64,000 nucleotides of DNA from a virus. Of the stretch, positions 56,817 through 64,000 are shown one piece after another. Below the pieces are notes generated by a model, which saw nothing but the letters and a program-made list of their open reading frames with translations, did not search any database and was not told the origin of the DNA. Location of the stretch: positions 32,001 through 96,000 of IMG/VR virus record IMGVR_UViG_3300022885_000003, one strand, 5' to 3'. Made by a program: the position numbers and the translations under genes. Within the stretch, counting starts at the first letter, position 1; each line of letters begins with the position of its first letter.

Positions 56817-58121
56817 TCAAACCTTATATTTTGATTCAGCAGCTTCTAATATATTATATTTATATTCATCATACTTATCACGTTTCTTTCTATATTGTCT
56901 CTCAAGTTTGAACGCATTTTCAATTGCTGGTAATGATGAATCTAAATAAATTACGCCATCTCTTTCTTCGGTATATTTTAAATCTTGTATCGACTCGGAG
57001 AAATCACTTGCTGATTCCTCTATATCTAATCCATCACCATCCCTAGTCACGATCTGCAACGATGCATAAAGAAGCATAGTTTCGGCTCTATTGTTTTCAT
57101 AATCAATGGAATATAAAAATGCGTTGCCCTTTGCATCATTTCCACGGATTAATGAATAACCCATAATATAATCTCTTGCACCCTCAAATGATATTTCGCT
57201 TTCGTAAATATCTTTATGATAAACAAGTGCGCCAGATTCAGTGTCCATAATCAACCAATTTTTGTAATCGTTTACATAATCAGTCTTTGGTTCATCTTTA
57301 TATTCTGGTCTATCATCTAAATCTTTTATAATTTCCTTTACTCGACTAGATGATATCTTTCCAGATTTAACCAGTTTTGAATAAGTACCATCTGCTAATG
57401 CTTCTCGAACAAACTTGTTCCATACACGCTTTACTTGTGCAGATCCCGCATATGTGGTCCCACCAGTGTTCTTTTCTGGATAGCGTTCTCTATAAATTTT
57501 ACCAAGCAATGTACCAAAACCATATGAACGGTATTCTTGCGCAACACTTACAAGAATTGCACCCCATTCATCTTGTGCAACAGCAACTTTTTGAGCATCG
57601 TTATTGAAGATTGCAAAATCGCCATTATCCTCTCTTATTTGGAAAGATTGGCCCTTAATTTTAATATTTTGTAGCAGTTTTGAATATTTGCTACGTTGGG
57701 CTATTGCTTCTTTTTGCTTGAAATAAGCCATTGGATACTTTACATATTTTATGATTAAATCACCGTTAACTAACCGATCTACATCGCGCTTCAATGCCCT
57801 GTCATCAAATCCCTTAATAATATATAAAACATTATCCACGGTATAACCAATTAATGAATGACTATCCTTTTTGAATACACGCAAATCATTATCATTATGG
57901 GATTGAATAATTTCCTTATCCATTGCTTGACCAGCTTGTGGATCAACAATTTTCCCACCTAAATCAATTCTATTCATTTGGTCCAAATCCCAATTGTAAG
58001 CTTCATCTGAATGATGCTTTCCGCCAGGATTCATTACCTCCCAATATTCTTCCCAAGTCATAAGAGCTGGATTTTGTGGATGGCTTAAAGGAATTTTTTC
58101 AAATAATTGATGAAGATACAT
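56817..58121 (-). CDS. CTS-leader protein with a GNAT-like acetyltransferase domain
   Basis: MYLHQLFE; VSVAQEYRSYGFGTLL acetyl-CoA motif A, TYAGS..KRVW. Confidence 0.65.
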   Translation of the reverse strand: MYLHQLFEKIPLSHPQNPALMTWEEYWEVMNPGGKHHSDEAYNWDLDQMNRIDLGGKIVDPQAGQAMDKEIIQSHNDNDLRVFKKDSHSLIGYTVDNVLYIIKGFDDRALKRDVDRLVNGDLIIKYVKYPMAYFKQKEAIAQRSKYSKLLQNIKIKGQSFQIREDNGDFAIFNNDAQKVAVAQDEWGAILVSVAQEYRSYGFGTLLGKIYRERYPEKNTGGTTYAGSAQVKRVWNKFVREALADGTYSKLVKSGKISSSRVKEIIKDLDDRPEYKDEPKTDYVNDYKNWLIMDTESGALVYHKDIYESEISFEGARDYIMGYSLIRGNDAKGNAFLYSIDYENNRAETMLLYASLQIVTRDGDGLDIEESASDFSESIQDLKYTEERDGVIYLDSSLPAIENAFKLERQYRKKRDKYDEYKYNILEAAESKYKV

Positions 58122-58123
58122 GA

Positions 58124-59453
58124 TTATTTTTCCTTTTGGGTTTTTCGAGAAGGAAACGGTTTTTCCTCACGGATTGTAAAATTGGCAACATATGATAACT
58201 CATCTGGTGATAATTTATATAGAACATCTTCCAAATCTATATGTTCGTACAACCATGGATATATAACGTCATTCACCATAAAATCATTTATCCAAAGCAC
58301 TTGTTTAGCTTTAAGCATAATCTCCATTTCTGATTCAATTGCGGCTGCTAAATCATCATCTCTATAATTCTCTTTAATAAAGTATACTGCATAATCATAA
58401 TTTAACAATAAACCATCCAAATTCTTACGACGAAGTTTAAATGTAATATCGAGTTTAGATTTATAATCTTCAACAAAATCGTCACTTCTACGTGGATCAT
58501 CTAATAGATCCTGAAACCAAGCAATGCTTGATTCCCAGGTGGGATCGTGTTCTTCTCCATTCTCATCGGCGGATTTTATTTCGTCTTTGTAATCATTAAG
58601 CTCATCTTGCCATGTAGCTGCATATTTTTGATATATATCACTAAATATCTCGCTTTTATCTTTATCACTAATATCCAACCATTTTTCTGCACTTTTATAA
58701 TCATTGCTCAGCAATGTGAAGAAATCTTCAACCATTGGGCTCCAAGTAAAACTAAATTCTCCTAATGGGAAAACCGCGCCAAGGGTACCATATGCTCCTG
58801 CTTCTGTCATATCACCAGTGACAAAGAAGTCATCTCGGTTTGCTTTAAAACCAGCTTCAGAAAATGCTTTTATTAAATCATTGTGTATATTAAGTGGTGT
58901 ATTCTTGGGGTTGGTTCGAGTTGAAAGATTTTTAATAATTCCCATATCCGGGCTTAATATTTTGTTTGATGCTCCATGCCACATAATCTTGCCATTGGTT
59001 CGTATTAAGAATTGTTCCATTATATTCCAAATATCTTCATCGATGTCCTGTAAATGTGCATAGGCTTCTTGAACCAAGTCATCTTGATCTTCAGTCAATC
59101 TTTCTTCAAATAATTCCGAATCATGAACTAAATGTTCCACGTCGATAATTTTAGCTTCTGAAACTGAAAATTCTGTTTCCCTATCTTCCAAATTTCCTGT
59201 AATTAATTCAGTTGGATCAAATTCTAAAGTAAGAAGAACTTCATTCTCAGAAAGCTCAGAATAATATGTTAAAACATATTCTTTATCTAAACTCATATAA
59301 ATGCCATTACCACGCATTTGAATTGTTTCGCCGACACGAATAGGAAAGCTCAATCGTTTATTGGCACCTGCTAATAGCACGGCCTGTTTCAGGATCATAT
59401 GCCATCACCTTATAAGCGATATTTTTTTGGTTATGAAGTTCTGTTAATTTCAT
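58124..59453 (-). CDS. CTS-leader two-domain protein (ART-like), split by a +1 frameshift near 59370
   Basis: ATG 59453 encodes MKLTELH...AYDPETGRAIS then stops at 59358; the +1 frame continues GANKRLSF... to 58124; WHGA..FFVT..YG..VFP..EIML. Confidence 0.6.
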
Positions 59454-59458
59454 GGTTC

Positions 59459-60790
59459 TTATTCCTTCAATGCAAACACGATATGACCTTCGTCGATAAT
59501 ATCAAAATTTCTTTTGATATAATCATTGCCGTTGGCTATCATAATATCCTGTAACAATTCAGCACAATCCATAACATATCTGTCTTCACCATCTATCCAT
59601 TTTTTATCCAATTCCAATCGATGACTAGTTTTTGGGCTTAATCCTAATTCCTTCATAGCCGCATTATGAATAAGTTTAGCGGCGTCCCACCAATAAAATG
59701 ACCCTGTATCGTATGCATATATTCCACGCAATTCTTGATATCCGCTTTTATCTGCAAAACGCTTTAATTGTTTATATTCAGGATCAACCATTGCAACTAC
59801 ATCTTCATTACCGATATCCATCTTTTCAATACGATATTCATCTAGCTTTTCCGATGGCATCAATTTCTTAATTCTACCCTTAAAAATCTGCTGATCACCT
59901 TTATTTGTTTTGGCGATTGGTTGATTGTTCTTGTCTTTCTTAAAGCCCTTAATCTCTGCTTTGCGGTTTTTAAACTTACCAACCATAAGTGTGTCACCAA
60001 CGTTAAGGGTTGGTAGCTTTAGGCTATCTTCATCTTCATTGATGGTTTCTCGGTCTAAAATCTTAATCTGTTTATCAGAGAACGTAACCCATGTCGTTTG
60101 ATCATCATCTTCTAATTTAAGACCATCATATCCACGTCCGATAAGCTCATCTGTTCCAAATTTGTCATATTCTTTCCAACCAGCAGGATTTTTAATGTCT
60201 AGTTCAGCGGTGATAATTGTACCTTTTGAACTAGCACCGACTCCTCCTTGCAGAATCAAATCTTTATTATCAGTAAACCATGTCAAAGTACCAATAGCAA
60301 ATTCGTCATTAAATGAATCAAATGACGCGCCGGTGCCATGATATGCAATAATTTTATCGTCCAAGGATTCTTTTAGATTCGAACCGGTGATTTTATCTTC
60401 AAATGAATGAACACGTCTCTCAACCTTTGCCACCCATTCTTTGGACGGACGTTTTCCTTTTGGGCCATCATAATATTGCAAAACTTTTTTTGGGTTGCTC
60501 TTGCTCACTAGTGCCCATTTTCCGTTAACCTGCTTTAATGTTTCAGTCATGAAGCCTGGTTGTTCCGCTTTATCTAATCGATCATAATAGTCGATAAATT
60601 CATCCAAATGATCTAATGAAATTTCTCGAGCTTCTGCTTCATTATTGGTATGTTCTAGTTCCACCTTAATACCTTTAACAATTTCAGATTCGACCCGAGA
60701 AACACTGACACCATGTTTTTTTGCGATTTCCTCTGCTGATGGTGTTTGTTTACCAATCAGATCCTTTTCATATAACTCAAATGCTCTCAT
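59459..60790 (-). CDS. CTS-leader polyvalent protein: DUF5661-like + small domain + ART-like (YHGT) + two further domains
   Basis: MRAFELYE; GIKVELEHT..I.LDHLDE..DYY..L; AYHGT...WFT...GYDG; linkers MTE, LKE, INE, LDE. Confidence 0.75.
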   Translation of the reverse strand: MRAFELYEKDLIGKQTPSAEEIAKKHGVSVSRVESEIVKGIKVELEHTNNEAEAREISLDHLDEFIDYYDRLDKAEQPGFMTETLKQVNGKWALVSKSNPKKVLQYYDGPKGKRPSKEWVAKVERRVHSFEDKITGSNLKESLDDKIIAYHGTGASFDSFNDEFAIGTLTWFTDNKDLILQGGVGASSKGTIITAELDIKNPAGWKEYDKFGTDELIGRGYDGLKLEDDDQTTWVTFSDKQIKILDRETINEDEDSLKLPTLNVGDTLMVGKFKNRKAEIKGFKKDKNNQPIAKTNKGDQQIFKGRIKKLMPSEKLDEYRIEKMDIGNEDVVAMVDPEYKQLKRFADKSGYQELRGIYAYDTGSFYWWDAAKLIHNAAMKELGLSPKTSHRLELDKKWIDGEDRYVMDCAELLQDIMIANGNDYIKRNFDIIDEGHIVFALKE

Positions 60791-61884
60791 TGTTTTTCTT
60801 TCCTCGTTTCCTTCATATCATTTATTATCTCGGATACAAGCCTAGGTGGTATGTTAAACATTTGGGCGGTTTTATTTATTGATGAATTCTCACCCTTTTT
60901 CTCTAAATGCATTACCATATCAAAAATCCTTTTCTTTGTACCATATGATAATATATTCTTCTTAAATGAACGAGTAATTGCTGGTATACTCCACTCATCA
61001 ACCGTTGATTTACGGTTGTCTTTAAGGAATTTTCTTATTTCATGCTTACCATCTAATGTTTCGTAATTATTCTTCTCATCCGATACGTGATATGATTCAC
61101 CACTTCGGTTATTGGTTATCAACCAACGCAATGCTTTTGCAACATCATGTAATGTCTTACCTTGTAAAATTGCTTGACCACTTGCATCATGATATCTTAC
61201 CCATCCTTTATCAAATAATATTCTACCAACTGGGCTATCAGGGTCGGTGGATTTAACATCTTCTAGTGACACGTTGTCAAATATTTTACCACTTAACCCC
61301 ATCTTTTCTGGATGATCATACGCAAATTTTATATGGTGCGTTTCATTAGAATTTAAAGGAATGACCTTTGCATTTTTTGGATCGTTGGTCGGATTAATCC
61401 ATAGTTTTTCATCGGCTATTGATTTAATGTGTGCTTCTCGAAACTGGGAAACCGAACTACGGTCTTTTTCTGGAAATCTACCATATCGTAGCCAATAATC
61501 CATGTCATACCCTTTTAGCTCAATCCAACTACGACTGGAAAACTCTTCATAAAAGGTATCAAATAAAATTGCTTCAAGTGGATAGATTTTATTGATTTGG
61601 CGTGCGGCTTTTAGGATTATCTCATTGCTATCGCCCTGCATAGATAGCGCAGTTGTTCCATCTCGAGACAACTCCATATTGCAACGGATCCATCCCATGT
61701 CACCAACAACTTCCATAAGAGTAGAACTCCAACCACCGATTTGAGTGATCGTATCTTGATCCAAATCAAATAGTTCTGGATGATCTTTGACAATCTGAAA
61801 ATGTTCTTGGTTTCGGGCCGGTATAATTCTGTTATCTTCTGAAAGATTTGGATTATACCAAAAACTTCTGGGTAGCTCAGTCAT
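60787..61884 (-). CDS. late protein with two W.NP..H..GW[IV]R domains
   Basis: FWYNP..H..P..GWIR and LWINP..H..P..GWVR repeats; TATAAATA upstream. Confidence 0.7.
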   Translation of the reverse strand: MTELPRSFWYNPNLSEDNRIIPARNQEHFQIVKDHPELFDLDQDTITQIGGWSSTLMEVVGDMGWIRCNMELSRDGTTALSMQGDSNEIILKAARQINKIYPLEAILFDTFYEEFSSRSWIELKGYDMDYWLRYGRFPEKDRSSVSQFREAHIKSIADEKLWINPTNDPKNAKVIPLNSNETHHIKFAYDHPEKMGLSGKIFDNVSLEDVKSTDPDSPVGRILFDKGWVRYHDASGQAILQGKTLHDVAKALRWLITNNRSGESYHVSDEKNNYETLDGKHEIRKFLKDNRKSTVDEWSIPAITRSFKKNILSYGTKKRIFDMVMHLEKKGENSSINKTAQMFNIPPRLVSEIINDMKETRKEKQ

Positions 61885-61941
61885 AAATATCCCCTTTGTT
61901 ATATATTATTTATAATTTCAGGGAGGAGAGGTGTTAGGAAA

Positions 61942-63033
61942 TTATTTGGTTATCTTTGCAGCCAATTTCGCCGAATCCCACATGCTTGGTGGATTGCCAT
62001 CCTTATCAAGTTTATTGCCGAATTTAGCTGCTTGGCGCTGTGTTTCGCCTTGTTTAACATCGACTGTGGTGTTAACACCAGGGACAATTAAACCATCTTC
62101 CATAATAACCGTAACATTATCAAATGTCAATTTAAAATCTAAAACAAAATTTTCAGCATTCTGTTCATTATTAAACAATAATATTGCAATATTTGGTAAT
62201 GGTGCATTATGATCTGGTGCAATGCCATCGAGATCAATATCATAATAACCCGGATCAATAGCAATACCATCGCTAGTTGCTGTAATAACAACGGATGGGT
62301 GTGAGCCTTTAATTACATTACGTAATATTCCATAATCATCACGATAATCATCAATCCAATTATTAATTTCGGCATATTCGTTCTGAAATATTTCATTAAT
62401 CTGAATATCTATCAAGCGTTTTTCAGATTCTGATAGCATATTACTATATGCATTATTTGGCGCCCATTCCAATAGATCTTTTATTGAAGTATTATCTATT
62501 TGTTTAGACATTGCGCGAAAAAGGCTACCTTTTTTTTTAGTAAACTTAATTTCTTCTTTCAACGGTTTTGGTGACCAATCGCTGTTAAATGGTCTTATAA
62601 ATTCATCGGCAAACTCTAGATCAAGGTTCCATTCTGGTAGATCCTCTACATCGCCGGAAAAATCATAACTTAAACTCAAATGCGGGATATATTCAGGGAA
62701 ATCGTATTTAATATCGTTCTTATCTTTAATTTCCGTATGACGCTTTGATAGAGCTGGTTCTGCGAAAGCAACAACTAACACATTATTATCTTCGCCAAAG
62801 AGTTTATACTCACAATCTTTAGCCTTTATTTTAAGAGCTGGATCATATGATTCAGGTGCTTCCGAAAATGTCTTTTCTTTATCAATGATAATAGTTGTGT
62901 GGAAATCATCATGCACATTTTCAATTTTATTCTTTTTACACCATTCTACAATTTTATCATTGCATTCATCGGTGGGATTCATTCCCATAAATGTTCCTGA
63001 AGTTTTACCTTCTAATAGTTCTTGATATCTCAT
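61942..63033 (-). CDS. CTS-leader protein with an N-terminal Acb1 (T4 gp57B)-like 2H phosphoesterase
   Basis: Start MRYQELLE (GAGGGAG RBS, TAAATA); FHTTI and PHLSLSY HxT/S motifs; LVV..L..RH..YDF.EY.PH.SLSY...DW layout as in Acb1. Confidence 0.8.
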   Translation of the reverse strand: MRYQELLEGKTSGTFMGMNPTDECNDKIVEWCKKNKIENVHDDFHTTIIIDKEKTFSEAPESYDPALKIKAKDCEYKLFGEDNNVLVVAFAEPALSKRHTEIKDKNDIKYDFPEYIPHLSLSYDFSGDVEDLPEWNLDLEFADEFIRPFNSDWSPKPLKEEIKFTKKKGSLFRAMSKQIDNTSIKDLLEWAPNNAYSNMLSESEKRLIDIQINEIFQNEYAEINNWIDDYRDDYGILRNVIKGSHPSVVITATSDGIAIDPGYYDIDLDGIAPDHNAPLPNIAILLFNNEQNAENFVLDFKLTFDNVTVIMEDGLIVPGVNTTVDVKQGETQRQAAKFGNKLDKDGNPPSMWDSAKLAAKITK

Positions 63034-63049
63034 ATTAATCTCCCTCGAA

Positions 63050-63391
63050 CTATTTAGTAGCTCGGCGATTAATAAGATTTTGTATCTGATGCCATGCTTT
63101 CGACGCCTCATTGTGGTTTAAATCGAAGAACCCTCTCATCACTTCTTGAACATCTTCCCCACGGTTTACTAATTCAATGGTAATTCTATCTCGGGCAGGT
63201 TCCCATTCATCTAGTTTATCAGCGAACGGACACGAATACGATAAGACACCAATCATATAATCAGTTAAATCATCATCTTTGATGTTTCGCAAAAGTTCGT
63301 TGAGGTTATCGAGTTGGTTAGCTGTCATCATATTATGAATTACAGTGCATAAATTGGCTAACTCTCGATCAGTCATAGTTTGTTCTGTCAT
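63050..63391 (-). CDS. hypothetical helical protein
   Basis: 113-aa ORF in operon context. Confidence 0.65.
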   Translation of the reverse strand: MTEQTMTDRELANLCTVIHNMMTANQLDNLNELLRNIKDDDLTDYMIGVLSYSCPFADKLDEWEPARDRITIELVNRGEDVQEVMRGFFDLNHNEASKAWHQIQNLINRRATK

Positions 63392-63394
63392 ATC

Positions 63395-63607
63395 TTAATT
63401 AATTTTCTGGTATAACCAGCCAAAAAATCCAGTAACGCTGCCGAGATAAAATGCGCCCACAGACAATGCAATGACCACAATAAACCAAAACCATCCCATA
63501 ATCATGGATACAAATGACCCAATAAGTAATCCAATAGCGATAAGGATTATCGGCAATCGCCAACCCTTTGGGATCTTATAGAAAATACTCAATAAAAATT
63601 CTACCAT
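63395..63607 (-). CDS. small two-TM membrane protein
   Basis: GAGGA RBS before MVEFLL; hydrophobic. Confidence 0.65.
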   Translation of the reverse strand: MVEFLLSIFYKIPKGWRLPIILIAIGLLIGSFVSMIMGWFWFIVVIALSVGAFYLGSVTGFFGWLYQKIN

Positions 63608-63608
63608 G

Positions 63609-64000
63609 TTATTCCTCTGTATCGATTGCAACCCTACCGGATCCAATCTCATCTAGATAAACTGTTGATTCTGGATTATCCGCTGCCAACTTAGCCATTG
63701 CTCGAGTTGGTGTAAAAGAAGGCCAATCATCTTCGAATATGTAGGCTGCAAAATGCGTATGCGTTCCGCCACCACCTGTACCTGTATGTATACAACTATT
63801 CCCGAATAACCCCGATCCAACATAAACCGTATGACTAAAATTCCTTTGCCCTTTCTTGCTTGAAGGAGCAATCATTGTAACATCGCATGTATCGAAATGT
63901 ATATCAAGCGTACCACGCCATCCCGGATACGAGGTTGGCAAATCACCACGCTTCCCGGCCCAATTTCTTGCGCCATCCTTTGGGCAATGATGTGAATTAC
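63609..64000 (-). CDS. hypothetical phage protein, 5' end beyond the window
   Basis: Frame open to the window edge (NSHHCPKDGARNW...YPGWRG...HTGTGGG...F..DWP). Confidence 0.65.
   Translation of the reverse strand, partial: NSHHCPKDGARNWAGKRGDLPTSYPGWRGTLDIHFDTCDVTMIAPSSKKGQRNFSHTVYVGSGLFGNSCIHTGTGGGGTHTHFAAYIFEDDWPSFTPTRAMAKLAADNPESTVYLDEIGSGRVAIDTEE

Noticed and set aside
63034-63111. N-terminal extension MRRRKHG... of the Acb1-like gene
   Set aside because: RBS, late promoter and the leader motif all point to ATG 63033
1-64000. Alternative genetic code (stop-codon reassignment)
   Set aside because: Conserved genes (prkA, phoH, clamp loader, infA) are full length in code 11 and coding density is high

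Overview
This window is a 64-kb segment of an AT-rich, large (jumbo-type) tailed dsDNA phage genome, probably infecting a proteobacterium. The assignment rests on dense small genes behind sigma70-type TTGACA/TATAAT early promoters, T4-like (A)TAAATA late-promoter motifs before structural genes, a clamp loader, a DNA Pol III alpha-like fragment, GroES, PhoH, IF-1, IscA, SOD, RNA ligase, MazG, two deaminases and one tRNA-Thr(UGU). Main blocks: (i) a complete prkA(yeaG)-yeaH-spoVR(ycgB) cluster with a 517-aa intein in SpoVR; (ii) a tail/adhesin region with two lectin-like proteins sharing a 44-aa N-terminal module, a subtilisin fused to Ig-like repeats, and repeat-rich fibres; (iii) about 23 small genes whose products end in a shared [DE]-x-x-x-F-K-L-x-W helix, which is also appended to unrelated HRxDGPA-repeat proteins; (iv) a ~9-kb late cluster (54.3-63.0 kb) whose proteins start with an M-[RKY]-x-x-[EQ]-L leader resembling the T4 capsid-targeting sequence and contain strings of effector-like domains (Acb1-like 2H phosphoesterase, ADP-ribosyltransferase-like, GNAT, HEXXH peptidase, ParB/Srx-like) separated by hydrophobic-x-E sites. 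Blocks (iii) and (iv) are the best candidates for undescribed systems. All family calls come from motif recognition by eye; no database searches were run.
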